A stretch of DNA of 64,000 bases from Candidatus Methylacidiphilales bacterium (GTDB taxonomy: Bacteria > Pseudomonadota > Gammaproteobacteria > JASGCS01): contig JASGCS010000001.1 in the NCBI GenBank assembly GCA_030054035.1, positions 270,280-334,279 on the forward strand. Reading direction: 5' to 3'. The position numbers and the translations under genes are program-made. Shown in pieces: positions 52,130 through 62,582 of this stretch (its first letter is position 1; each line of letters begins with the position of its first letter). Under the pieces are notes generated by a model. That model had not been told where the DNA came from. It searched no databases and saw nothing but the letters and a program-made list of their open reading frames with translations.

Positions 52130-55100
52130 TTACAGAATGGGATTGTTTACCATATGATCGAGTTGCCCCTTCACCAGAACATTTAATCAACACAGCAAAT
52201 ACATTAATTGAATTAAAACAAACTCAAGTTATTGTTACAACAATTGCTGCAGTATTGGAACGGTTTCCACCAAAACAATACATGACTGTTCAATATAAAA
52301 AAATACAAAAAGGACAAACCTTAGATTGTGAAGGGTTATGTGAATTTTTACATTCCATCGGATACTCCAGAACCAAAACATCAGTTAAGTTTCAAGGAGA
52401 ATACTCATTATTGGGAATGATAATTGAACTATATCCATTTGGTTACAGTATTGGATTTAGAATTATTTTACAAGACATTGTTGTGGAACACATATATCAA
52501 TTAGATGCCAATAACAACATAATAAAAGAACATGATGGTCACATTATTCTAGCAAATAATAGTTGGCATCAAATTAATAGCACAACTATTAATATTTTTA
52601 AAAATAATTATCGTAATAATTTTGAAGGGAACTTAGTAAAAGATGATTTTTATATGTCAGTTATATCAAATAAGTATCATGACTCCTTAGATCACTATTT
52701 TCCACTATTTTTTGAAAACACTACAACTATTTTTGACTACTTAAATGAAAATGCACTTTGGTGTGTACACCCTGATTGGCAAAGTAAATTAGATCAACGA
52801 TTTAGTTTTATCAATAATTGTTATTCTCAATCATCACATTTATATCCAAAAAAACCACTAAAACCTGAAGTGAGGTACGTCACTCCAACTAATTGCATAC
52901 AACAAATAGGTAACCCTAGTTATGAGAACGAATCAGAAATAAATTTACCGTTAACGATAGAAGTAAATCAACTAAAAGATATTTTAATATCTTATTCCTT
53001 ACTTAAAACCAAACCCAATGTTACCTGTAACACAACAGATATTAAACTACATAAAACTATTAGTGATACTCTAAATAAACTAGGTTGGGAAGAAAGTATT
53101 CGATTTACATCCCTACGAAACATTGAGTCTTTTTACGATGAAGAAATAAATTATATCTATATTAATTTAAGCAATCCCTTTGATTCAATAAATAATAATG
53201 ATGAGATATCCGCTGATGCAATACTTCACAGCTTGCCACAACTTAAAATAAATGATTTCATAATACATAAAAGGCATGGGATTGGAATTTATAGAGGGCT
53301 AGTAACAATGGCCTTTGATGATGTTGATACACAAGAGTTTATTGCAATAGAGTTTTCAAACCAAACATCGTTATACCTTCCAACTCATGAGTATTCACAA
53401 ATCAGTTTTTACGCACCAGGTAACCAAGTAAACCCACCAGTGCTTGGAGTGTTACATGGATCTTCGTTCAAACAAACTTATAATAAAATCACTAAAGAAA
53501 CTATTGATTATGTAGCAATTATCCTAGAACAACAATCTAGACGAAAATTAAATAGCAAACCTCAAAAGTATAAACTTGATCCACATGCATATAACAATTT
53601 TTTAAGTTTATTTAATTATCAAGAGACTGAAGATCAAAGCAATGCAATACATATCACTTATAAAGATATGATGTCTCAATCTACAATGGATAGAATAATT
53701 TGTGGAGATGTGGGGTATGGGAAAACAGAAATAGCACTCCGTGCAACATTTTTAGCAGTATCAAGTGGGTATAGCGCAATATGGATAGCTCCTACATCAT
53801 TATTGGCAGAACAACATGCTGAAACAATTAAAAAAAGATTTATAAATACTACAGTTGAAATTTTTCACTTGAGTCGTTTTGCGCAAAATAAGTTAACTAT
53901 AAGTATTTTAGATAAGATTAAAAACACTTCACCATCAATAATTGTTGGAACACACCGTGTATTAAATAGTGCCATCACTCCAAATAAACCTTCCCTGCTT
54001 GTTATTGATGAAGAGCATAAATTTGGTGTTGAGCATAAAACAAAATTATTAGAAATACACCCTCAATTAGATTTACTAACAATGAGCGCTACTCCAATAC
54101 CTAGAACATTAAATTTAGGAATAACAGGTTTAAAAGACTTGTCATTAATATCAACACCTCCCCCATCACGAAAACCTGTAATTACTTATTGTATGTTATA
54201 TGATAAAGGATTTATAAAAGAAGCTATAGAACGAGAACTACAGAGAGGTGGGCAAATATTTATAGTGCACAATAAGATTAGTACCATAGACACAATGTAT
54301 GATCGTATAGTTGAATTATTTCCAGAAAATAAAATTGCTATTGCGCATGGTCGAATGAAATCAGAAGTGCTTGAAACAGTGATGCAACAATTTGCCAATA
54401 AAGAGTTTGATATATTAATAACCACAACTATAATTGAGAGCGGAATTGACTTTCCAAACGCAAACACATTAATTGTCACTATGGCAAATAATTTAAGTCC
54501 AGTTCAATTACACCAATTAAGAGGTAGAGTGGGACGATCCTACCAACAAGCAATAGCAATATTCATAAGTGATACCAAAGAAGGTTTAAAAGAATTAGAG
54601 GATATAAAAAACACTCACTTTAATGGTGCAGGATTTCATCTTTCGCTACAAGATTTAGAAAAAAGAGGTGCTGGTGAAATATTAGGTAAAAAACAATCGG
54701 GCAATTTACTTACCCTAGGCACAGAGCTATATCTAGAAATACTTTCAAAAGCAATGCATGATTTAAAAGAAAATCGCACTCCGGTTGATTTAAACACTAC
54801 AATACAGTTTCATGAACCAGCTTTTATACCTGAAAGTTATTGCATAAATCCAGCCTATAGATTACAAATATACAGGCAAATATCTAGATGCACTAAAGAA
54901 GATGAAATAAATATAATTTATAAAAATATAGTAAAAGAGTACGGAGACCCACCCAAACAATTTGAAAACTTAATTTTAATTGCAAAAATTAAACTATTAG
55001 CAAACGCAAATAATATTGAAACTATTCAATGGTCAAAAAAATCAATTAACATAACCTTTAATAACTCAGCATCAATACATAGTAAATTAATAGACTTAGC

Positions 55101-55227
55101 TTCAAAAAATATAGCCCAATTTACTGTTACATTTCATCAGAATGGTTCGGTTTCGTTCAACCATCAACCATTAATTACAGCAATAAATCACTATAACTTT
55201 TTTGTTGAAATTATAAAATTACTTTAA
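52126..55227 (+). CDS. mfd: transcription-repair coupling factor Mfd, 5'-truncated (first ~70 codons absent; possible pseudogene or assembly artefact)
   Basis: In frame from 52126, …WDCYPYDRVAPSPEHLINTANTLIELKQTQVIVTTIAAVLERFPP… aligns to E. coli Mfd residues ~73 onward. Downstream are the helicase motifs GDVGYGKTE, DEEH, a TRG motif and a C-terminal D7. An in-frame TGA at 52123-52125 is followed upstream by the inverted repeat arm instead of an N-terminus. Confidence 0.8.
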   Translation, partial: LITEWDCLPYDRVAPSPEHLINTANTLIELKQTQVIVTTIAAVLERFPPKQYMTVQYKKIQKGQTLDCEGLCEFLHSIGYSRTKTSVKFQGEYSLLGMIIELYPFGYSIGFRIILQDIVVEHIYQLDANNNIIKEHDGHIILANNSWHQINSTTINIFKNNYRNNFEGNLVKDDFYMSVISNKYHDSLDHYFPLFFENTTTIFDYLNENALWCVHPDWQSKLDQRFSFINNCYSQSSHLYPKKPLKPEVRYVTPTNCIQQIGNPSYENESEINLPLTIEVNQLKDILISYSLLKTKPNVTCNTTDIKLHKTISDTLNKLGWEESIRFTSLRNIESFYDEEINYIYINLSNPFDSINNNDEISADAILHSLPQLKINDFIIHKRHGIGIYRGLVTMAFDDVDTQEFIAIEFSNQTSLYLPTHEYSQISFYAPGNQVNPPVLGVLHGSSFKQTYNKITKETIDYVAIILEQQSRRKLNSKPQKYKLDPHAYNNFLSLFNYQETEDQSNAIHITYKDMMSQSTMDRIICGDVGYGKTEIALRATFLAVSSGYSAIWIAPTSLLAEQHAETIKKRFINTTVEIFHLSRFAQNKLTISILDKIKNTSPSIIVGTHRVLNSAITPNKPSLLVIDEEHKFGVEHKTKLLEIHPQLDLLTMSATPIPRTLNLGITGLKDLSLISTPPPSRKPVITYCMLYDKGFIKEAIERELQRGGQIFIVHNKISTIDTMYDRIVELFPENKIAIAHGRMKSEVLETVMQQFANKEFDILITTTIIESGIDFPNANTLIVTMANNLSPVQLHQLRGRVGRSYQQAIAIFISDTKEGLKELEDIKNTHFNGAGFHLSLQDLEKRGAGEILGKKQSGNLLTLGTELYLEILSKAMHDLKENRTPVDLNTTIQFHEPAFIPESYCINPAYRLQIYRQISRCTKEDEINIIYKNIVKEYGDPPKQFENLILIAKIKLLANANNIETIQWSKKSINITFNNSASIHSKLIDLASKNIAQFTVTFHQNGSVSFNHQPLITAINHYNFFVEIIKLL
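52183..52304. repeat. right arm of inverted repeat (lies within mfd coding sequence)
   Basis: See the left arm. The 53-bp unique spacer at 52130-52182 is in-frame mfd coding sequence. Confidence 0.9.
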
Positions 55228-55238
55228 TGTTAATACTA

Positions 55239-58193
55239 TCAGTATTTAGCTGATATTTCAAAACCATAACTAACACCACCAGACTGCAACACAAATGCTT
55301 GTCCAGCTTCAGGAGCGGCAATGACTTCAACAGGATATCTAATATTTTCTATATTTTTACCCCAAATACCAAACCTTAGTGAGTCATCTGAAATTAAATC
55401 TAATCGTAGATTAATAATGCCAAATGGATCTCTTTTAGTTTTTCGTAAATCAGATTTAGCGTTTGGAAGACCGCTCACTTGATTACAATTAGATGGATTA
55501 ACTTGCATACCTAGACCTAAATTTGCCAAATCAGCTGAGGAATAACACAAACCAGTATATTTTGTGTAAATATTATTAACTGATTCACCTTGTACTTCGC
55601 TAAACCAAGTGGTACCAGTATAAGAGTAATCAATTCTAAATAATAGAACTAATTTGTTGGAGACTTGTCCCTTATATTGTAAAAATAAATTAGCATTTGA
55701 ATCTGGTGAAAATGGAACAGTATTACCTACTGTATAAGGTCGATTTTTATTTTTTTCAATTTTTGAATCAATTTTTGAAAAACCAAATCCAAGTGTAAAG
55801 CTTTCTGTTGCGACAAATGATGAAGAAAACTCAAGACCAGAAATTGATGCTTCATCAATATTTGTAATTCCATACAATAAACCAAATGCTCCTGCAAAAT
55901 AACTAAAAGTTTGTAAATTTTTTACATTATTATTATAGATAGAAAAATCTATGAAGCCACCATTATTATCAAGAGTTTGTTTGAATCCCAATTCAAATGT
56001 ATTTGAAGTCTCTTTTTTATATTCGTCTTTGACATTATAAACTTGTAAAGAAAATTTAGATGGATCAATTGAGATTAGTGGGTTCAAATTAGAATCATAG
56101 ACTGTATTGCATGGTCGGAATTGTGTAACCAGCGTTGTTACACTAGGACAATAATAATAATCAATTGTATTCTTTAAACCAGTAAAGTTAAATCCACCAC
56201 TTCTAAAACCAGCACTGTAGCTTGTGTAAAAATTAAAACCAGAACCTTCAGGTCTATAGCTTAAAGCTAATTTAGGTTGAAGTTGTTGGAAAGATTTATT
56301 TACATCAGCGACTTTCTTACCGCCGTTAAAATTATATAAAATATTTAAATATTTAATACCGCAAGGAGGATTAATTAAAGGGTTAGTAGCAAAGTTCGTA
56401 AGACAAGTAATGGTTTCAGATTGTGATTTAGTAATATCTGGATTGCTAATATAATCTGGATGAGGTTCGCTAGTCGTTGGAACATTATTTTGAACAGTTT
56501 TATCTTCGTGATCAAATCTAGCATCAAATGAAATATTAAAATTTTCAGTAACATTCAAATTTAATGAACCAAAAACAGCAGCAACTTTGTTGTTATAAGT
56601 GTCAGAATACAAAACTTCTGTTGGACTGGTAGAAGTTTTTAAATTTAGTTCTCTGGCAATTATTGATAATCCCAAATCTTGGCCTATAGAAGCAACAGCA
56701 TCATTAGTGATGTTATGTAAAGAAAAACCAGCTACCCAAGCAATGTCCTGTTTTGGATTAGATGAATATCGTAATTCAAAATTTAAATCATTTTGTGTTC
56801 TTTTTTGATATTGATAGCCATCACATGAAGTAGATCCATAAGAGGGATAATTATTATAATAATTGTAAGGTTGTTCAGGATTTAATGACCGTGAGCTTAC
56901 TAGAGATGACTGGAGACATTTAGCATAATTTGCTTGACCATTTGAACCGAAAGCAGAATACAAATTTTCAAGAACTAAAGTGTTAATATTTAAACCAGGT
57001 GTGGAACGAAGCGCTTGTTGATCAATAATACTCTGATTAAGAAATGCAGCCGCCGCACTAATGTCTGCAAACAGTACTCCTGGAGCTAGCAAATTTTTAA
57101 GGTTCTGATTAGAAAATAAGTTTGCCGCAAAACCATTTGTACCATTTGTGCCATTTATTATTAAAGATTTCACACTATTAAACGCATAATTTGCGGCTGT
57201 AAAAGTTGCTTGTCCGTTTGTGCCATCACCTATAAGAGATGTGTCTTGTTTGTTATTTGAGAGTAGAATTGTGAGTGAATTATCATTTCCATAATCAAAA
57301 TCTAATTTTGCCGAAAAATTATTATTTTTTGAGTTATTTATATTTTTTATATTATTAAGATAACGATAATTTACTGAATTAACATTGGTAGTAATTACAC
57401 AGGTTGGGTTATTTACACTACAATTTCCAACAGAAAAACCAGCAGGTATTGAGTTAAAGTTTACAGCACCTGAGTTGGCTTCATTTGCTTCGTAATTTAA
57501 ATCTAAAGTTATGTTAGAAGCAACTTTTCCAAAAAATCTTAATGACAAATCTTTTTCGTTAAAATCATCTACATTTTTTTGTTTAAAATACTGGCTAGAA
57601 TAAAATCCATCAGTTTTTGTTAGTCCATAAGTAAATTTAACTGCAAAATTTTTAGTTAATGGAACATTAATAGTTTGCTGAAGTAATCTAGCATTGTTAT
57701 TTGCAAAAGAGTATCTTGATGTACCACCAAAGGCATCAGCTGTTGGTTTAACTGTATTTATTATTATTGCACCAGCAATAGCGTTTCTACCATATAAAGC
57801 GCTTTGAGCTCCTTTTATCACTTCAATTGATTCAATGTCAATTAACTCACGATTTAAAGCACCTGGATTAGGGATTAAAATGCCGTTTTTAATTATTGCC
57901 ACATTAGAGTCTGTCAGACGTGCATTATATAACCCTCTTATACTTAGCTGACTATCGGTAATTGTTGCGCCTTGAACTAGATTTACACCTGAAGTTAGGG
58001 ATAGAAAATCTGTATTTCTATTAATTGAAGCGTCACGAATCTGTGACTTAGAAAAAACAGTTACACTAGCAGAAGTCTGCTCTAAAGTGCTAGTATTTCT
58101 CAGACCTGTTACAATAATTTCTTCAACAATTGGCTCTGCAATTGCAGTAGAAAAAGTTAGTACAAAAATTAATCCAGATATTATTCTAATCAT
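55239..58193 (-). CDS. TonB-dependent outer-membrane receptor
   Basis: 984 aa with a signal peptide, a plug domain (EEIIVTG…, IRGL, ALYGRNAIAGAIIINTVKP) and the C-terminus …FEISAKY. Confidence 0.9.
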   Translation of the reverse strand: MIRIISGLIFVLTFSTAIAEPIVEEIIVTGLRNTSTLEQTSASVTVFSKSQIRDASINRNTDFLSLTSGVNLVQGATITDSQLSIRGLYNARLTDSNVAIIKNGILIPNPGALNRELIDIESIEVIKGAQSALYGRNAIAGAIIINTVKPTADAFGGTSRYSFANNNARLLQQTINVPLTKNFAVKFTYGLTKTDGFYSSQYFKQKNVDDFNEKDLSLRFFGKVASNITLDLNYEANEANSGAVNFNSIPAGFSVGNCSVNNPTCVITTNVNSVNYRYLNNIKNINNSKNNNFSAKLDFDYGNDNSLTILLSNNKQDTSLIGDGTNGQATFTAANYAFNSVKSLIINGTNGTNGFAANLFSNQNLKNLLAPGVLFADISAAAAFLNQSIIDQQALRSTPGLNINTLVLENLYSAFGSNGQANYAKCLQSSLVSSRSLNPEQPYNYYNNYPSYGSTSCDGYQYQKRTQNDLNFELRYSSNPKQDIAWVAGFSLHNITNDAVASIGQDLGLSIIARELNLKTSTSPTEVLYSDTYNNKVAAVFGSLNLNVTENFNISFDARFDHEDKTVQNNVPTTSEPHPDYISNPDITKSQSETITCLTNFATNPLINPPCGIKYLNILYNFNGGKKVADVNKSFQQLQPKLALSYRPEGSGFNFYTSYSAGFRSGGFNFTGLKNTIDYYYCPSVTTLVTQFRPCNTVYDSNLNPLISIDPSKFSLQVYNVKDEYKKETSNTFELGFKQTLDNNGGFIDFSIYNNNVKNLQTFSYFAGAFGLLYGITNIDEASISGLEFSSSFVATESFTLGFGFSKIDSKIEKNKNRPYTVGNTVPFSPDSNANLFLQYKGQVSNKLVLLFRIDYSYTGTTWFSEVQGESVNNIYTKYTGLCYSSADLANLGLGMQVNPSNCNQVSGLPNAKSDLRKTKRDPFGIINLRLDLISDDSLRFGIWGKNIENIRYPVEVIAAPEAGQAFVLQSGGVSYGFEISAKY

Positions 58194-58240
58194 TATTGGC
58201 TCCGTTTTTTTAAATTCTCTTTATTTTTTTTAATTACTTA

Positions 58241-60835
58241 TTAATATTTAGCTGATATTTCTAACCCTACAGATCTAGATGAGCCTTGATGTATAAAAGA
58301 TCCACCAAATTCAGGGGCTGGGATAATTTCCGCTAAATATTGGGTATTCAATAGATTGTCTGCCCAAAGAGTAACTGCAAAACCGCTATCCCACTCAAAG
58401 CCAATACGAGCGTTTACTAAACCAAAACCGTCTCGTTTTGTTTTTTCCATACCACTAAAACCAAAACCATACTGAGTAAATTGATTTGGGATTTCATCAT
58501 TTCTATTGTTTTCTTGTACTTCGCCAAACCAGGTATCGCCGGTAAAATTATAATCACCTTTGATTATAATTTTAACTCCTTTAGTAATATAATCTTTATA
58601 CTGAACACCTAAAGTATAGGACTGTACAGGGGCAAAAGGCACGAGATTTCCCTCAGTGTAAGGACGATTAGTGTTTTTGTCTATTTTTGATTTAATTCTA
58701 GAATATGCTAAATTTAACATTATCCCTGAGCCAACTTTAAACTCACCAGCAAATTCAAATCCATTAATACTTGCCTGATCAATATTAGTGATTACACGCA
58801 ATAATCCATAAGGCCCAACCAAGAAGTTAAAGAACTGGAGATTGTCTACTATAGTTTTGTATGTAGATATGTCCAAAGTAACATCACCGTTATTTAGAAA
58901 AAGTTTTAAACCCAGTTCACCAGAAGTAGAAACTTCTTTTTTATACTCATCTTTAACATTAAATATTTTTAGTTGGATTCCAGGTATGTTAAAAACTCCA
59001 TAACCAGTAAAACAAGGAGAAGCTCCACCCATAGTTATAGGAAGGGTTGGCGAAGGAGTTTTACCTGCGGGACAATAATATTGATTGATTGTAGCTTCAG
59101 TTCCTAGTGAATTAAAACCACCACTTCTAAAACCTACTCCAATATTACCATAAAAATTAACGTTGTCTTTTGGGTGAACACTAAAGCCAATTTTTGGTTG
59201 GAATTGTTCAAACGTTTTACTTTTTGATGGTATTGACTTATAATTAGCTGAATTAGTAATACCTGTATTGATGACAGTTAATCCTGGATTCAGGAAACCA
59301 TGTCCCTGTGGATTTAAACCTGTATTAAAACTAGGAGATACATTATTTGTTGCTGATCTTTTTTCTTGGTCGTATCTTAAATCCATTAAAATATCAAATG
59401 TGGTATCTACTTTAAAATTCAATGAAGTGTAAAAGGCAAGAACATCACTTTTATACTTATCATTAAAGAGCAAATCAGTTTGTGGGCTAAACCCTTCGAA
59501 TGGTACTCCAGTGCCAAAGTCCTCTCCTTGAGCAACTATAACATGGCGGTTAATTTGATATATAGACATTCCGACCGTCCATAATGTATCAAGTGAAGGA
59601 TCAGACTTATATCGTAAGTCTAATGTTATATCTCGTTGGTCTCTTTGTTGATATTGGTATCCATCACAAGTAGTTACAGAATATGGGGGGTAAAAACCTA
59701 CATTAGGATAGGTGGAAGCCGTACCAAAAGGTAAAGGGAACGAAGGTAATAAACCACTATTAACCTGACCTGAAGTGTCCTGACATGAAGTAGTGCCAAA
59801 GTAAGTAGAAAACGCAGCACTTGCACCATCAGCTAAAAGTTTATTTTTTTGATCGTTAAATGCTAACATGAAGACAAACGATTCATTATTTCCTGTATCC
59901 ACATCAAATTTCATTGAAAAATTAAAATTGTCAGAATTGTTTTTAGATTCTATATTGGATTGATAATCAAAATTATGTAAATTTACATCTTCATATAAAA
60001 AAGGAGCTGCGGGACTCCCTATTGAAGAGTAAAAGGCAGATGCTTGGGGTAATTGTACAGAAGCATTAAAACTAATAGCTGGGCCAGTGGCTTTACCAAA
60101 TCCAATTTTAAAATCTGCAGTAGTGTCGCTTGAAATGACTCCTGTAAATCTTGCTAGGAAATTATCGTCATTAAGATTATCAATAACTTTTTTATTTAAA
60201 TAGGTATTTTTATAAAAACCATCAGTTTTTCTACTACTAAAAGCAAATTTAGCAGCGAAATCATCGCTGAATGGTGTGTTAATAACCTGTTGGAGCAGTA
60301 GTGAGTTATTATTACCAAAAGTTATTTTAGTTGAACCTTGATATCCTGAAGGGTCAGGCTTTGCGGTATTTATAATAATCGCCCCAGCAATTGCATTTCT
60401 ACCATATAGAGCACCTTGAGGTCCTTTTAAAACTTCAATTTGTTGTAAATCGATTAACTCACGATTAAACGCACCCGGATTAGTTAACAAAACCCCGTCA
60501 ACTACTAATGCAAAATTTGATTCAGAGTCTCTAGCCCCATTAAGCCCTCTGATGGATACTTGGGTGTCTTGGATTTCGGCAGTATGAACTAAGGACACAC
60601 CGGGAGAAAGTGAAATAAAATCACCTACTTTTTGAATACCACTATCTTGTATTTTTGATTGGGTGAATACCTGTACTGAAGCAGGCGCACCTTGTAGTGA
60701 AACTTCTCTTCCAAGTGCTGTAACTACAACCTCTTCAATTGAGTTAGTTGCATTTTTAACTTCACTTGCAAATGATAACTGAGTTATAAAACCAATCATC
60801 AAAAACATTATAATATTTTTCATATGATATACCAT
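58241..60835 (-). CDS. TonB-dependent outer-membrane receptor (paralog of 55239-58193)
   Basis: The plug region is near-identical to the neighbouring receptor (ELIDLQQIEVLKGPQGALYGRNAIAGAIIINTAKP), and the C-terminus …LEISAKY matches. A probable start is at 60835 (GAGGGA 7 nt upstream) or 60823. Confidence 0.9.
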   Translation of the reverse strand: MVYHMKNIIMFLMIGFITQLSFASEVKNATNSIEEVVVTALGREVSLQGAPASVQVFTQSKIQDSGIQKVGDFISLSPGVSLVHTAEIQDTQVSIRGLNGARDSESNFALVVDGVLLTNPGAFNRELIDLQQIEVLKGPQGALYGRNAIAGAIIINTAKPDPSGYQGSTKITFGNNNSLLLQQVINTPFSDDFAAKFAFSSRKTDGFYKNTYLNKKVIDNLNDDNFLARFTGVISSDTTADFKIGFGKATGPAISFNASVQLPQASAFYSSIGSPAAPFLYEDVNLHNFDYQSNIESKNNSDNFNFSMKFDVDTGNNESFVFMLAFNDQKNKLLADGASAAFSTYFGTTSCQDTSGQVNSGLLPSFPLPFGTASTYPNVGFYPPYSVTTCDGYQYQQRDQRDITLDLRYKSDPSLDTLWTVGMSIYQINRHVIVAQGEDFGTGVPFEGFSPQTDLLFNDKYKSDVLAFYTSLNFKVDTTFDILMDLRYDQEKRSATNNVSPSFNTGLNPQGHGFLNPGLTVINTGITNSANYKSIPSKSKTFEQFQPKIGFSVHPKDNVNFYGNIGVGFRSGGFNSLGTEATINQYYCPAGKTPSPTLPITMGGASPCFTGYGVFNIPGIQLKIFNVKDEYKKEVSTSGELGLKLFLNNGDVTLDISTYKTIVDNLQFFNFLVGPYGLLRVITNIDQASINGFEFAGEFKVGSGIMLNLAYSRIKSKIDKNTNRPYTEGNLVPFAPVQSYTLGVQYKDYITKGVKIIIKGDYNFTGDTWFGEVQENNRNDEIPNQFTQYGFGFSGMEKTKRDGFGLVNARIGFEWDSGFAVTLWADNLLNTQYLAEIIPAPEFGGSFIHQGSSRSVGLEISAKY

Positions 60836-60886
60836 TTTAAATTCCCTCTCAAAAATTATGAATATTATATAGTAAATTGTACACAA

Positions 60887-61603
60887 ATGAAAAAATATTT
60901 TTACTTTTTTTTCACCCTCGCCATAATCTCAATTCCATGCATGGCGGCTGATACCAACCAACTAGAAAGTACATTTTATGGTAAATATGTAGTTTTTGAA
61001 AATGTAGGTAATCTTGACTATAGAGACATTGAAGAAAATGAATTGCATTATTGTGAAAGTAGCCAACAGTTACCACAAAATCAAATACCACAAAATCAAA
61101 CGACAGACACAAACCCTGCTCCACTTAATGTGAATGTGGAAATTAACCAAGAATTTGGCCCTGAAATAGAGCTCTTTTTCAATGACTTTAACCATTCATT
61201 GATTAACTTGCAAAAAAACACTCAGTACAGATTAATTGACCAATTTCAATGGCAGGTAACAATGCTTGGAACAGAAACTACTGAACTTGTAAAAATATCA
61301 AGCGGTATGACGATGGGTGGTGAAAATAGACCTATTCCAGATAATTCAGAATGCTTACTGGTTTCTGAGAAAAATCAACTCCATGAGTTGCATGGCACAG
61401 TAGAGTTGGTATCGGGTAAATATTTTCATGCGTTTAACAACTTTCAGTTTAGCAAAATTACCGATCAAGGACTGAAAATCTACAATATCCAGGAAACGAG
61501 GAAAATATCTAGTGACAATTTATATTATCTTGACCATCCAAGATTCGGGATACTTTATAAAATAATTAGCGAAAAGAGTATTGCTCGGAAACAGAAGAAA
61601 TAA
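60887..61603 (+). CDS. hypothetical exported protein (signal peptide, Q/N/P-rich linker, C-terminal YLDHPRFGIL motif)
   Basis: The ORF starts with an internal Met, MKKYFYFFFTLAIISIPCMAADT. No domain is recognised. It lies divergent from the tandem TBDRs. Confidence 0.55.
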   Translation: MKKYFYFFFTLAIISIPCMAADTNQLESTFYGKYVVFENVGNLDYRDIEENELHYCESSQQLPQNQIPQNQTTDTNPAPLNVNVEINQEFGPEIELFFNDFNHSLINLQKNTQYRLIDQFQWQVTMLGTETTELVKISSGMTMGGENRPIPDNSECLLVSEKNQLHELHGTVELVSGKYFHAFNNFQFSKITDQGLKIYNIQETRKISSDNLYYLDHPRFGILYKIISEKSIARKQKK

Positions 61604-62582
61604 ATTTTTTGGTCTTTAAGAATCTATCAGTTTTTATTTCTGATTGATCGAGTGCTGCTTTGAATTGAAACATTTTTTCCTGTTTATGATTTGGTTTCAG
61701 CGTTGAAGAAAACTGGATAGCTAATTCAATTGTTGGTTGTGAGTTGCATACAAGAAGCCAATCACAACCTGCTTGTAATGCTAGATTGATGCGATCACCA
61801 ATGGTGCCAAACCCTTCCAATGCATTCATCTCCAAATCATCGCTCACTATCACACCTTGGTATGAACAGATTATTCTTAAAAAATATGACAGCCACCAAG
61901 GAGAGAGAGTAACTGGTAATGAGTCAATTTTATCAAAAACGATATGAGCAGTCATGATCATTGGTAGCTGATTCGCAATGACCAATTGAAATGGTAGTAG
62001 ATCGGCATAGATTTGATGTAAAAATCGTTCATCGACAGGAAGTGTATTGTGAGAATCAGGAATTACATAGCCATGGCCTGGAAAATGTTTACCGGTAGCA
62101 GGCATACCGGCCTGCATCATCCCTTGCATATACTCAAGCGCGCTTGATCCGGCAATAAAAGGATCACGAGAAAAAGCACGATCGCCTATAATCACCGAAC
62201 GGCTATGTTGTAAATCAAGCACAGGAGCAAAATTAGCATCTATTCCATAATATCTTAACTGGGTAGAAATACACCAAGCACAATCTCTTATCGATGGGCT
62301 CGAGGTGGAAATAGATTTTACCAAAAATTCCATTGGGGGAATAATGATAAACTCGTCTTTAAATCTCTGGACACGCCCTCCTTCTTGGTCTACAAATATA
62401 GCTAGGGGTGAGTTTGCACGCAATAAATGTATTTCACAAGTCAATTGTTTTAATTGTTCTGGGTTTTTATAATTTCTCGAAAAAAGGATAACCCCTAGCA
62501 CAGAAGGATGGGACAACATATTCTTTTCCACTTGACTTAGATTGTAGCCTTGAACACCAACAATGAGAAAATTAGTCAGCAT
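61566..62582 (-). CDS. nagZ: beta-N-acetylhexosaminidase (GH3)
   Basis: LGVILFSRNY…VDQEGGRVQRF is collinear with the E. coli NagZ N-terminus. The catalytic KHFPGHG motif is present. Confidence 0.9.
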   Translation of the reverse strand: MLTNFLIVGVQGYNLSQVEKNMLSHPSVLGVILFSRNYKNPEQLKQLTCEIHLLRANSPLAIFVDQEGGRVQRFKDEFIIIPPMEFLVKSISTSSPSIRDCAWCISTQLRYYGIDANFAPVLDLQHSRSVIIGDRAFSRDPFIAGSSALEYMQGMMQAGMPATGKHFPGHGYVIPDSHNTLPVDERFLHQIYADLLPFQLVIANQLPMIMTAHIVFDKIDSLPVTLSPWWLSYFLRIICSYQGVIVSDDLEMNALEGFGTIGDRINLALQAGCDWLLVCNSQPTIELAIQFSSTLKPNHKQEKMFQFKAALDQSEIKTDRFLKTKKFISSVSEQYSFR

